Made by a program: the position numbers and the translations under genes
The notes under the pieces: model-generated
What the model was told of the DNA's origin: nothing
What the model saw: the letters and a program-made list of their open reading frames with translations, nothing else
The model's database searches: none
Source of the DNA: Eledone cirrhosa
Lineage: Eukaryota
DNA length: 64,000 nucleotides
Assembly (NCBI GenBank): GCA_964016885.1
Contig: OZ024754.1
Span: 18,414,001 to 18,478,000 of the forward strand
Direction of reading: 5' to 3'
Part shown: in pieces, positions 39,344 through 54,500 of the stretch
Layout: the number at the start of each line of letters is the position of its first letter
How positions within the stretch are numbered: position 1 is the first letter of the stretch

Positions 39344-39543
39344 NNNNNNNNNNNNNNNNNNNNNNNNNNNNNNNNNNNNNNNNNNNNNNNNNNNNNNNNN
39401 NNNNNNNNNNNNNNNNNNNNNNNNNNNNNNNNNNNNNNNNNNNNNNNNNNNNNNNNNNNNNNNNNNNNNNNNNNNNNNNNNNNNNNNNNNNNNNNNNNNN
39501 NNNNNNNNNNNNNNNNNNNNNNNNNNNNNNNNNNNNNNNNNNN
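39344..39543. other. Assembly gap (200 N)
   Basis: Run of N. Confidence 1.
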
Positions 39544-42500
39544 ACACTCCTCCTCCCAATACACACTCCTCCTCCAATACACACTCCTGCTCCCAATACA
39601 CACTCCTCCTCCCAATAAACACTCCTGCTCCCAATACACACTCCTCCTCCAATACACACTCCTGCTCCCAATACACACTCCTCCTCCCAATACACACTCC
39701 TGCTCCCAATACACACTCCTCCTCCCAATACACACTCCTCCTCCCAATACACACTCCTGCTCCCAATACACACTCCTCCTCCCAATACACACTCCTGCTC
39801 CCAATACACACTCCTCCTCCCAATACACACTCCTGCTCCCAATACACACTCCTCCTCCCAATACACACTCCTCCTCCCAATACACACTCCTCCTCCCAAT
39901 ACACACTCCTCCTCCCAATACACACTCCTGCTCCCAATACACACTCCTCCTCCCAATACACACTCCTCCTCCCAATACACACTCCTGCTCCCAATACACA
40001 CTCCTCCTCCAATACACACTCCTGCTCCCAATACACACTCCTCCTCCCAATACACACTCCTCCTCCCAATACACACTCCTCCTCCCAATACACACTCCTG
40101 CTCCCAATACACACTCCTGCTCCCAATACACACTCCTGCTCCCAATACACACTCCTGCTCCCAATACACACTCCTGCTCCCAATACACACTCCTGCTCCC
40201 AATAAACACTCCTGCTCCCAATACACACTCCTCCTCCCAATACACACTCCTGCTCCCAATACACACTCCTGCTCCCAATACACACTCCTCCTCCCAATAC
40301 ACACTCCTGCTCCCAATACACACTCCTCCTCCCAATACACACTCCTGCTCCCAATACACACTCCTGCTCCCAATACACACTCCTCCTCCCAATACACACT
40401 CCTGCTCCCAATAAACACTCCTGCTCCCAATACACACTCCTGCTCCCAATACACACTCCTCCTCCCAATACACACTCCTGCTCCCAATAAACACTCCTGC
40501 TCCCAATACACACTCCTGCTCCCAATACACACTCCTGCTCCCAATAAACACTCCTGCTCCCAATACACACTCCTGCTCCCAATACACACTCCTGCTCCCA
40601 ATACACACTCCTGCTCCCAATACACACTCCTGCTCCCAATACACACTCCTGCTCCCAATACACACTCCTCCTCCCAATACACACTCCTGCTCCCAATACA
40701 CACTCCTGCTCCCAATACACACTCTCCTGCTCCCAATACACACTCCTGCTCCCAATACACACTCCTGCTCCCAATACACACTCCTGCTCCCAATACACAC
40801 TCCTGCTCCCAATACACACTCCTGCTCCCAATACACACTCCTCCTCCCAATACACACTCCTGCTCCCAATACACACTCCTCCTCCCAATACACACTCCTG
40901 CTCCCAATACACACTCCTGCTCCCAATACACACTCCTGCTCCCAATACACTCTCCTGCTCCCAATACACACTCCTGCTCCCAATAAACACTCCTGCTCTC
41001 AATACACACACTCCTGCTCCCAATACACACTCCTGCTCCCAATAAACACTCCTGCTCCCAATACACACTCCTCCTCCCAATACACACTCCTGCTCCCAAT
41101 ACACACTCCTGCTCCCAATACACACTCCTCCTCCCAATACACACTCCTGCTCCCAATACACACTCCTCCTCCCAATACACACTCCTCCTCCCAATAAACA
41201 CTCCTGCTCCCAATACACACTCCTCCTCCCAATACACACTCCTCCTCCCAATACACACTCCTGCTCCCAATAAACACTCCTGCTCCCAATACACACTCCT
41301 GCTCCCAACACACACTCCTGCTCCCAATACACACTCCTCCTCCCAATAAACACTCCTGCTCCCAATAAACACTCCTGCTCCCAACACACACTCCTGCTCC
41401 CAATACACACTCCTGCTCCCAATAAACACTCCTGCTCCCAATACACACTCCTGCTCCCAATACACACTCCTCCTCCCAATAAACACTCCTGCTCCCAATA
41501 AACACTCCTGCTCCCAACACACACTCCTGCTCCCAATACACACTCCTGCTCCCAATAAACACTCCTGCTCCCAATACACACTCCTGCTCCCAACACACAC
41601 TCCTGCTCCCAATACACACTCCTGCTCCCAATAAACACTCCTGCTCCCAATACACACTCCTGCTCCCAATACACACTCCTCCTCCCAATAAACACTCCTG
41701 CTCCCAATACACACTCCTGCTCCCAACACACACTCCTGCTCCCAATACACACTCCTGCTCCCAATACACACTCCTGCTCCCAACACACACTCCTGCTCCC
41801 AATACACACTCCTGCTCCCAATACACTCTCCTGCTCCCAATACACACACTCCTGCTCCCAATACACACTCCTCCTCCCAATACACACTCCTCCTCCCAAT
41901 ACACACTCCTGCTCCCAATAAACACTCCTGCTCCCAATAAACACTCCTGCTCCCAATACACACTCCTGCTCCCAATACACACTCCTCCTCCCAATAAACA
42001 CTCCTGCTCCCAATACACTCTCCTGCTCCCAATACACTCTCCTGCTCCCAATACACACTCTCCTGCTCCCAATACATACTCCTGCTCCCAATAAACACTC
42101 CTGCTCCCAATAAACACTCCTGCTCCCAATACACACTCCTGCTCCCAATACACACTCCTCCTCCCAATACACACTCCTGCTCCCAATAAACACTCCTGCT
42201 CCCAATACACACTCCTGCTCCCAATACACACTCTCCTGCTCCCAATACACACTCTCCTGCTCCCAATACACACTCTCCTGCTCCCAATAAACACTCCTGC
42301 TCCCAATACACTCTCCTGCTCCCAATACACACACTCCTGCTCCCAATACACACTCCTCCTCCCAATACACACTCCTCCTCCCAATACACACTCCTGCTCC
42401 CAATACACACTCCTGCTCCCAATACACACTCCTGCTCCCAATACACACTCCTCCTCCCAATACACACTCCTCCTCCCAATACACACTCCTGCTCCCAATA

Positions 42501-45500
42501 AACACTCCTGCTCCCAATACACACTCCTGCTCCCAACACACACTCCTGCTCCCAATACACACTCCTCCTCCCAATAAACACTCCTGCTCCCAATACACAC
42601 TCCTGCTCCCAACACACACTCCTGCTCCCAATACACACTCCTCCTCCCAATACACACTCCTCCTCCCAATACACACTCCTGCTCCCAATACACACACTCC
42701 TGCTCCCAATACACACTCTCCTGCTCCCAATAAACACTCCTGCTCCCAATACACTCTCCTGCTCCCAATAAACACTCCTGCTCCCAATACACACTCCTCC
42801 TCCCAATACACACTCCTCCTCCCAATACACACTCCTGCTCCCAATAAACACTCCTGCTCCCAATACACACTCCTGCTCCCAACACACACTCCTGCTCCCA
42901 ATACACACTCCTCCTCCCAATAAACACTCCTGCTCCCAATACACACTCCTGCTCCCAACACACACTCCTGCTCCCAATACACACTCCTCCTCCCAATACA
43001 CACTCCTCCTCCCAATACACACTCCTGCTCCCAATAAACACTCCTGCTCCCAATAAACACTCCTGCTCCCAATACACACTCCTGCTCCCAATACACACTC
43101 CTCCTCCCAATAAACACTCCTGCTCCCAATACACTCTCCTGCTCCCAATACACACTCCTGCTCCCAATACACACTCCTGCTCCCAATACACACTCCTGCT
43201 CCCAATACACACTCCTGCTCCCAATAAACACTCCTGCTCCCAATACACACTCCTGCTCCCAATACACACTCTCCTGCTCCCAATAAACACTCCTGCTCCC
43301 AATACACTCTCCTGCTCCCAATACACACTCCTCCTCCCAATAAACACTCCTGCTCCCAATACACTCTCCTGCTCCCAATACACACTCTCCTGCTCCCAAT
43401 AAACACTCCTGCTCCCAATACACTCTCCTGCTCCCAATACACACTCCTGCTCCCAATACACACTCCTCCTCCCAATACACACTCTCCTGCTCCCAATACA
43501 CACTCTCCTGCTCCCAATACACACTCTCCTGCTCCCAATAAACACTCCTGCTCCCAATAAACACTCCTGCTCCCAATACACTCTCCTGCTCCCAATACAC
43601 ACTCCTGCTCCCAATACACACTCTCCTGCTCCCAATACACTCTCCTGCTCCCAATACACACACTCCTGCTCCCAATACACACTCCTGCTCCCAATACACA
43701 CTCCTCCTCCCAATACACACTCCTGCTCCCAATAAACACTCCTGCTCCCAATAAACACTCCTGCTCCCAATACACACTCCTGCTCCCAATACACACTCCT
43801 CCTCCCAATACCTCCCAATACACACTCCTGCTCCCAATACACACTCCTGCTCCCAATACACACTCCTGCTCCCAATACACACTCCTGCTCCCAATACACA
43901 CTCTGCCTCCCAATACACACTCCTGCTCCCAATACACACTCCTGCTCCCAATACACACTCTCCTGCTCCCAATACACACTCTCCTGCTCCCAATACACAC
44001 TCCTGCTCCCAATACACTCTCCTGCTCCCAATACACACTCCTGCTCCCAATAAACACTCCTGCTCCCAATACACTCTCCTGCTCCCAATACACACTCTCC
44101 TGCTCCCAATACACACTCCTGCTCCCAATACACACTCCTGCTCCCAATACACACTCTCCTGCTCCCAATACACACTCCTGCTCCCAATACACACTCTCCT
44201 GCTCCCAATACACACTCCCTCCTGCTCCCAATACACACTCTCCTGCTCCCAATAAACACTCCTGCTCCCAATACACACTCCTGCTCCCAATACACTCTCC
44301 TGCTCCCAATACACACTCCTGCTCCCAATACACACTCTCCTGCTCCCAATACACACTCCTGCTCCCAATACACACACTCCTGCTCCCAATACACACTCCT
44401 GCTCCCAATACACACTCCTGCTCCCAATACACACTCTCCTGCTCCCAATACACACTCTCCTGCTCCCAATACACACTCCTGCTCCCAATACACTCTCCTG
44501 CTCCCAATACACACTCTCCTGCTCCCAATACACACTCTCCTGCTCCCAATAAACACTCCTGCTCCCAATACACTCTCCTGCTCCCAATACACACTCCTGC
44601 TCCCAATACACACTCCTGCTCCCAATACACACTCTCCTGCTCCCAATACACACTCTCCTGCTCCCAATAAACACTCTCCTGCTCCCAATACACACTCCTG
44701 CTCCCAATACACACTCCTGCTCCCAATACACACTCCTGCTCCCAATACACACTCTCCTGCTCCCAATACACACTCTCCTGCTCCCAATACACACTCCTGC
44801 TCCCAATACACACTCCTGCTCCCAATACACACTCTCCTGCTCCCAATACACACTCTCCTGCTCCCAATAAACACTCCTGCTCCCAATAAACACTCCTGCT
44901 CCCAATACACTCTCCTGCTCCCAATACACACTCCTGCTCCCAATACACACTCTCCTGCTCCCAATACACACTCCTGCTCCCAATACACACTCTCCTGCTC
45001 CCAATACACACTCTCCTGCTCCCAATACACACTCTCCTGCTCCCAATAAACACTCCTGCTCCCAATAAACACTCTCCTGCTCCCAATACACTCTCCTGCT
45101 CCCAATACACACTCCTGCTCCCAATACACACTCTCCTGCTCCCAATACACACACTCCTGCTCCCAATACACACTCTCCTGCTCCCAATACACACTCCTGC
45201 TCCCAATACACACTCTCCTGCTCCCAATACACACTCTCCTGCTCCCAATACACACTCCTGCTCCCAATACAACACTCCTGCTCCCAATACACTCTCCTGC
45301 TCCCAATACACACTCCTGCTCCCAATACACACTCTCCTGCTCCCAATACACACTCTCCTGCTCCCAATACACACACTCCTGCTCCCAATACACACTCCTC
45401 TCCAATACACACTCTCCTGCTCCCAATACACACTCTCCTGCTCCCAATAAACACTCCTGCTCCCAATAAACACTCCTGCTCCCAATACACTCTCCTGCTC

Positions 45501-48500
45501 CCAATACACACTCCCTGCTCCAATACACACTCTCCTGCTCCCAATACACACTCCTGCTCCCAATAACACTCCTGCTCCCAATACACTCTCCTGCTCCCAA
45601 TACACACTCTCCTGCTCCCAATACACACTCCTGCTCCCAATACACTCTCCTGCTCCCAATACACACTCTCCTGCTCCCAATACACACTCCCTGCTCCCAA
45701 TAAACACTCCTGCTCCCAATACACTCTCCTGCTCCCAATACACACTCTCCTGCTCCCAATAAACACTCCTGCTCCCAATACACTCTCCTGCTCCCAATAC
45801 ACACTCTCCTGCTCCCAATACACACTCCTGCTCCCAATACACACTCCTGCTCCCAATACACACACTCCTGCTCCCAATACACACTCCTGCTCCCAATACA
45901 CACTCTCCTGCTCCCAATACACACTCCTGCTCCCAATACACACTCTCCTGCTCCCAATACACACTCTCCTGCTCCCAATACACACACTCCTGCTCCCAAT
46001 ACACTCTCCTGCTCCCAATACACACTCCTGCTCCCAATACACTCTCCTGCTCCCAATACACACTCTCCTGCTCCCAATACACACTCTCCTGCTCCCAATA
46101 CACACTCTCCTGCTCCCAATACACTCTCCTGCTCCCAATACACACACTCCTGCTCCCAATACACACTCCTGCTCCCAATACACACTCTCCTGCTCCCAAT
46201 ACACACTCCTGCTCCCAATACACACTCTCCTGCTCCCAATACACACTCCTGCTCCCAATACACTCTCCTGCTCCCAATACACACTCCTGCTCCCAATACA
46301 CTCTCCTGCTCCCAATACACACTCTCCTGCTCCCAATACACACTCTCCTGCTCCCAATAAACACTCTCCTGCTCCCAATACACTCTCCTGCTCCCAATAC
46401 ACACTCTCCTGCTCCAATACACACTCCTGCTCCCAATACACACTCTCCTGCTCCCAATACACACTCCTGCTCCCAATACACTCTCCTGCTCCCAATACAC
46501 ACTCCTGCTCCCAATACACTCTCCTGCTCCCAATACACACTCCTGCTCCCAATACACTCTCCTGCTCCCAATACACACTCTCCTGCTCCCAATACACACT
46601 CTCCTGCTCCCAATACACACTCTCCTGCTCCCAATACACTCTCCTGCTCCCAATACACACACTCCTGCTCCCAATACACACTCCTGCTCCCAATACACAC
46701 TCTCCTGCTCCCAATACACACTCCTGCTCCCAATACACTCTCCTGCTCCCAATACACACTCCTGCTCCCAATACACTCTCCTGCTCCCAATACACACTCC
46801 TGCTCCCAATACACTCTCCTGCTCCCAATACACACTCTCCTGCTCCCAATACACACTCTCCTGCTCCCAATAAACACTCTCCTGCTCCCAATACACTCTC
46901 CTGCTCCCAATACACACACTCCTGCTCCCAATACACACTCCTGCTCCCAATACACACTCCTGCTCCCAATACACACTCTCCTGCTCCCAATACACTCTCC
47001 TGCTCCAATACACTCTCCTGCTCCCAATACACACTCTCCTGCTCCCAATACACACTCTCCTGCTCCCAATACACTCTCCTGCTCCCAATACACACTCTCC
47101 TGCTCCCAATACACACTCTCCTGCTCCCAATACACACTCTCCTGCTCCCAATACACACTCCTGCTCCCAATACACTCTCCTGCTCCCAATACACACTCTC
47201 CTGCTCCCAATACACACTCTCCTGCTCCCAATAAACACTCTCCTGCTCCAATACACTCTCCTGCTCCCAATACACACTCTCCTGCTCCCAATACACACTC
47301 CTGCTCCCAATACACACTCTCCTGCTCCCAATACACACACTCCTGCTCCCAATACACACTCCTGCTCCCAATACACACTCTCCTGCTCCCAATACACACT
47401 CTCCTGCTCCCAATACACACTCTCCTGCTCCCAATACACACTCTCCTGCTCCCAATACACACTCTCCTGCTCCCAATACACACACTCCTGCTCCCAATAC
47501 ACACTCTCCTGCTCCCAATACACTCTCCTGCTCCCAATACACACTCTCCTGCTCCCAATACACACACTCCTGCTCCCAATACACACTCCTGCTCCCAATA
47601 CACACTCTCCTGCTCCCAATACACACTCTCCTGCTCCCAATACACACTCTCCTGCTCCCAATACACACTCTCCTGCTCCCAATACACACTCTCCTGCTCC
47701 CAATACACACTCTCCTGCTCCCAATAAACACTCTCCTGCTCCCAATACACTCTCCTGCTCCCAATACACACTCTCCTGCTCCCAATACACTCTCCTGCTC
47801 CCAATACACACTCTCCTGCTCCCAATACACACTCTCCTGCTCCCAATACACACTCTCCTGCTCCCAATACACTCTCCTGCTCCCAATACACACTCTCCTG
47901 CTCCCAATACACTCTCCTGCTCCCAATACACACTCTCCTGCTCCCAATACACACTCTCCTGCTCCCAATACACTCTCCTGCTCCCAATACACTCTCCTGC
48001 TCCCAATACACACTCCCTGCTCCCAATACACTCTCCTGCTCCCAATACACTCTCCTGCTCCCAATACACACTCTCCTGCTCCCAATAAACACTCTCCTGC
48101 TCCCAATACACTCTCCTGCTCCCAATACACACTCTCCTGCTCCCAATACACACTCCTGCTCCCAATACACACTCTCCTGCTCCCAATACACACTCTCCTG
48201 CTCCCAATACACACTCTCCTGCTCCCAATACACACTCTCCTGCTCCCAATACACACTCTCCTGCTCCCAATACACACTCTCCTGCTCCCAATACACACAC
48301 TCCTGCTCCCAATACACACTCTCCTGCTCCCAATAAACACTCTCCTGCTCCCAATACACTCTCCTGCTCCCAATACACACTCTCCTGCTCCCAATACACA
48401 CTCTCCTGCTCCCAATACACTCTCCTGCTCCCAATACACACTCTCCTGCTCCCAATACACACTCTCCTGCTCCCAATAAACACTCTCCTGCTCCCAATAC

Positions 48501-51500
48501 ACTCTCCTGCTCCCAATACACACTCTCCTGCTCCCAATACACACTCCTGCTCCCAATAAACACTCTCCTGCTCCCAATACACACTCTCCTGCTCCCAATA
48601 CACACTCTCCTGCTCCCAATACACACTCTCCTGCTCCCAATACACACTCCTGCTCCCAATACACACTCTCCTGCTCCCAATACACTCTCCTGCTCCCAAT
48701 ACACACTCTCCTGCTCCCAATACACACTCTCCTGCTCCCAATAAACACTCTCCTGCTCCCAATACACTCTCCTGCTCCCAATACACACTCTCCTGCTCCC
48801 AATACACACTCCTGCTCCCAATAAACACTCTCCTGCTCCCAATACACACTCTCCTGCTCCCAATACACACTCTCCTGCTCCCAATACACACTCTCCTGCT
48901 CCCAATACACACTCTCCTGCTCCCAATAAACACTCTCCTGCTCCCAATACACTCTCCTGCTCCCAATACACACTCTCCTGCTCCCAATACACACTCTCCT
49001 GCTCCCAATACACACTCTCCTGCTCCCAATAAACACTCTCCTGCTCCCAATACACACTCTCCTGCTCCCAATACACACTCTCCTGCTCCCAATACACACT
49101 CTCCTGCTCCCAATACACACTCTCCTGCTCCCAATACACACTCTCCTGCTCCCAATAACACTCTCCTGCTCCCAATAAACACTCTCCTGCTCCCAATACA
49201 CACTCTCCTGCTCCCAATACACTCTCCTGCTCCCAATACACACTCTCCTGCTCCCAATACACACTCTCCTGCTCCCAATACACACTCTCCTGCTCCCAAT
49301 ACACACTCTCCTGCTCCCAATACACACTCTCCTGCTCCCAATACACACTCTCCTGCTCCCAATACACACTCTCCTGCTCCCAATACACACTCTCCTGCTC
49401 CCAATACACACTCCTGCTCCCAATACACACTCTCCTGCTCCCAATACACACTCTCCTGCTCCCAATACACACTCTCCTGCTCCCAATACACACTCTCCTG
49501 CTCCCAATACACACTCTCCTGCTCCCAATACACACTCTCCTGCTCCCAATAAACACTCTCCTGCTCCCAATACACTCTCCTGCTCCCAATACACACTCTC
49601 CTGCTCCCAATACACACTCTCCTGCTCCCAATACACTCTCCTGCTCCCAATACACACTCTCCTGCTCCCAATACACACTCTCCTGCTCCCAATACACACT
49701 CTCCTGCTCCCAATACACTCTCCTGCTCCCAATACACACTCTCCTGCTCCCAATACACACTCCTGCTCCCAATACACACTCTCCTGCTCCCAATACACAC
49801 TCTCCTGCTCCCAATACACACTCCTGCTCCCAATACACACTCTCCTGCTCCCAATACACACTCTCCTGCTCCCAATACACACTCTCCTGCTCCCAATACA
49901 CACTCTCCTGCTCCCAATACACACTCTCCTGCTCCCAATACACACTCTCCTGCTCCCAATACACACTCTCCTGCTCCCAATAAACACTCTCCTGCTCCCA
50001 ATACACTCTCCTGCTCCCAATACACACTCTCCTGCTCCCAATACACACTCTCCTGCTCCCAATACACTCTCCTGCTCCCAATACACACTCTCCTGCTCCC
50101 AATACACACTCTCCTGCTCCCAATACACACTCTCCTGCTCCCAATACACACTCTCCTGCTCCCAATACACACTCTCCTGCTCCCAATAAACACTCTCCTG
50201 CTCCCAATACACACTCTCCTGCTCCCAATAAACACTCTCCTGCTCCCAATACACTCTCCTGCTCCCAATACACACTCTCCTGCTCCCAATACACACTCCT
50301 GCTCCCAATACACACTCTCCTGCTCCCAATACACACTCTCCTGCTCCCAATACACACTCTCCTGCTCCCAATACACACTCTCCTGCTCCCAATACACACT
50401 CTCCTGCTCCCAATACACACTCTCCTGCTCCCAATACACACTCTCCTGCTCCCAATACACTCTCCTGCTCCCAATACACACTCTCCTGCTCCCAATACAC
50501 ACTCTCCTGCTCCCAATACACTCTCCTGCTCCCAATACACACTCTCCTGCTCCCAATACACTCTCCTGCTCCCAATACACACTCTCCTGCTCCCAATACA
50601 CTCTCCTGCTCCCAATAAACACTCTCCTGCTCCCAATACACTCTCCTGCTCCCAATACACACTCTCCTGCTCCCAATACACACTCCTGCTCCCAATACAC
50701 ACTCTCCTGCTCCCAATACACACTCTCCTGCTCCCAATACACACTCTCCTGCTCCCAATACACACTCTCCTGCTCCCAATACACACTCTCCTGCTCCCAA
50801 TACACACTCTCCTGCTCCCAATAAACACTCTCCTGCTCCCAATACACACTCCTGCTCCCAATAAACACTCTCCTGCTCCCAATACACTCTCCTGCTCCCA
50901 ATAAACACTCTCCTGCTCCCAATACACACTCCTGCTCCCAATACACTCTCCTGCTCCCAATACACACTCTCCTGCTCCCAATAAACACTCCTGCTCCCAA
51001 TACACTCTCCTGCTCCCAATACACACTCCTGCTCCCAATACACACTCTCCTGCTCCCAATACACACTCTCCTGCTCCCAATACACACTCTCCTGCTCCCA
51101 ATACACACTCCTGCTCCCAATACACACTCTCCTGCTCCCAATACACTCTCCTGCTCCCAATACACACTCTCCTGCTCCCAATACACACTCTCCTGCTCCC
51201 AATAAACACTCCTGCTCCCAATAAACACTCCTGCTCCCAATACACTCTCCTGCTCCCAATACACACACTCCTGCTCCCAATAAACACTCCTGCTCCCAAT
51301 ACACACTCCTGCTCCCAATACACACACTCCTGCTCCCAATACACACTCCTGCTCCCAATACACTCTCCTGCTCCCAATACACACTCTCCTGCTCCCAATA
51401 CACACTCCTGCTCCCAATACACACTCCTGCTCCCAATACACACTCCTGCTCCCAATACACACTCCTGCTCCCAATACACACTCTCCTGCTCCCAATACAC

Positions 51501-54500
51501 ACACTCCTGCTCCCAATAAACACTCCTGCTCCCAATACACACTCCTGCTCCCAATACACACTCCTGCTCCCAATACACACTCCTGCTCCCAATACACACT
51601 CCTGCTCCCAATACACACTCCTGCTCCCAATACACACTCCTGCTCCCAATACACACTCCTGCTCCCAATACACACACTCCTGCTCCCAATACACACTCCT
51701 GCTCCCAATACACACACTCCTGCTCCCAATACACACTCCCTGCTCCCAATACACACTCCTGCTCCCAATACACACTCCTGCTCCCAATACACACTCTCCT
51801 GCTCCCAATACACACTCCTGCTCCCAATACACACTCCTGCTCCCAATACACACACTCCTGCTCCCAATACACACTCCTGCTCCCAATACACACTCCTGCT
51901 CCCAATACACACTCTCCTGCTCCCAATACACACACTCCTGCTCCCAATACACACTCCTGCTCCCAATACACACTCCTGCCTCCCAATACACACTCCTGCT
52001 CCCAATACACACACTCCTGCTCCCAATACACACTCCTGCTCCCAATACACACTCCTGCTCCCAATACACACTCCTGCTCCCAATAAACACTCCTGCTCCC
52101 AATACACACTCCTGCTCCCAATACACACTCCTGCTCCCAATACACACTCCTGCTCCCAATACACACTCCTGCTCCCAATACACACTCCTGCTCCCAATAC
52201 ACACTCCTGCTCCCAATACACACTCCTGCTCCCAATACACACTCCTGCTCCCAATACACACTCCTGCTCCCAATACACACTCCTGCTCCCAATACACACT
52301 CCTGCTCCCAATACACACTCCTCCTCCCAATACACACTCCTGCTCCCAATACACACTCCTGCTCCCAATACACACTCCTCCTCCCAATACACACTCCTGC
52401 TCCCAATACACACTCCTGCTCCCAATACACACTCCTGCTCCCAATACACACTCCTCCTCCCAATACACACTCCTGCTCCCAATACACACTCCTGCTCCCA
52501 ATACACACTCCTGCTCCCAATACACACTCCTGCTCCCAATACACACTCTCCTGCTCCCAATACACACTCCTGCTCCCAATACACACTCTCCTGCTCCCAA
52601 TACACACTCCTGCTCCCAATACACACTCCTGCTCCCAATACACACTCTCCTGCTCCCAATACACACTCCTGCTCCCAATACACACTCCTGCTCCCAATAC
52701 ACACACTCCTGCTCCCAATACACACTCCTGCTCCCAATACACACTCCTGCTCCCAATACACACTCCTGCTCCCAATACACACACTCCTGCTCCCAATACA
52801 CACACTCCTGCTCCCAATAAACACTCCTGCTCCCAATACACACTCCTGCTCCCAATACACACACTCCTGCTCCCAATAAACACTCCTGCTCCCAATACAC
52901 ACTCCTGCTCCCAATACACACTCCTGCTCCCAATACACACTCCTGCTCCCAATAAACACTCCTGCTCCCAATACACACTCTCCTGCTCCCAATACACACT
53001 CCTGCTCCCAATACACACACTCCTGCTCCCAATACACACTCCTGCTCCCAATACACACTCCTGCTCCCAATACACACTCCTGCTCCCAATACACACTCCT
53101 GCTCCCAATACACACACTCCTGCTCCCAATACACACTCCTGCTCCCAATACACACTCCTGCTCCCAATACACACTCCTGCTCCCAATACACACTCCTGCT
53201 CCCAATACACACACTCCTGCTCCCAATACACACTCCTGCTCCCAATACACACTCCTGCTCCCAATACACACACTCCTGCTCCCAATACACACTCCTGCTC
53301 CCAATACACACTCCTGCTCCCAATACACACTCCTGCTCCCAATACACACTCCTGCTCCCAACCACTCCTCCCAATACACACTCCTGCTCCCAATACACAC
53401 TCCTGCTCCCAATACACACTCCTGCTCCCAATACACACTCCTGCTCCCAATACACACTCCTGCTCCCAATACACACTCCTGCTCCCAATACACACTCCTG
53501 CTCCCAATACACACTCCTGCTCCCAATACACACTCCTGCTCCCAATACACACACTCCTGCTCCCAATACACACTCCTGCTCCCAATACACACTCCTGCTC
53601 CCAATACACACACTCCTGCCTCCCAATACACACTCCTGCTCCCAATACACACTCCTGCTCCCAATACACACTCCTGCTCCCAATACACACTCCTGCTCCC
53701 AATACACACTCCTGCTCCCAATACACACTCCTGCCTCCCAATACACACTCCTGCTCCCAATACAACACTCCTGCTCCCAATCTCCCAATACACACTCCTG
53801 CTCCCAATACACACTCCTGCTCCCAATACACACTCCTCCTCCCAATACACACTCCTGCTCCCAATACACACACACCTGCTCCCAATACACACTCCTGCTC
53901 CCAATACACACACTCCTGCTCCCAATACACACTCCTGCTCCCAATACACACTCCTGCTCCCAATACACACTCCTGCTCCCAATACACACTCCTGCTCCCA
54001 ATACACACACTCCTGCTCCCAATAAACACTCCTGCTCCCAATACACACTCCTGCTCCCAATACACACACTCCTGCTCCCAATAAACACTCCTGCTCCCAA
54101 TAAACACTCCTGCTCCCAATACACACTCCTGCTCCCAATACACACTCCTGCTCCCAATACACACTCCTGCTCCCAATAAACACTCCTGCTCCCAATACAC
54201 ACTCCTGCTCCCAATACACACTCCTGCTCCCAATACACACTCCTGCTCCCAATACACACTCCTGCTCCCAATACACACTCCTGCTCCCAATACACACTCC
54301 TGCTCCCAATACACACACTCCTCCTCCCAATACACACTCCTGCTCCCAATACACACACTCCTGCTCCCAATAAACACTCCTGCTCCCAATAAACACTCCT
54401 GCTCCCAATAAACACTCCTGCTCCCAATACACACTCCTGCTCCCAATACACACTCCTGCTCCCAATACACACTCCTGCTCCCAATACACACTCCTGCTCC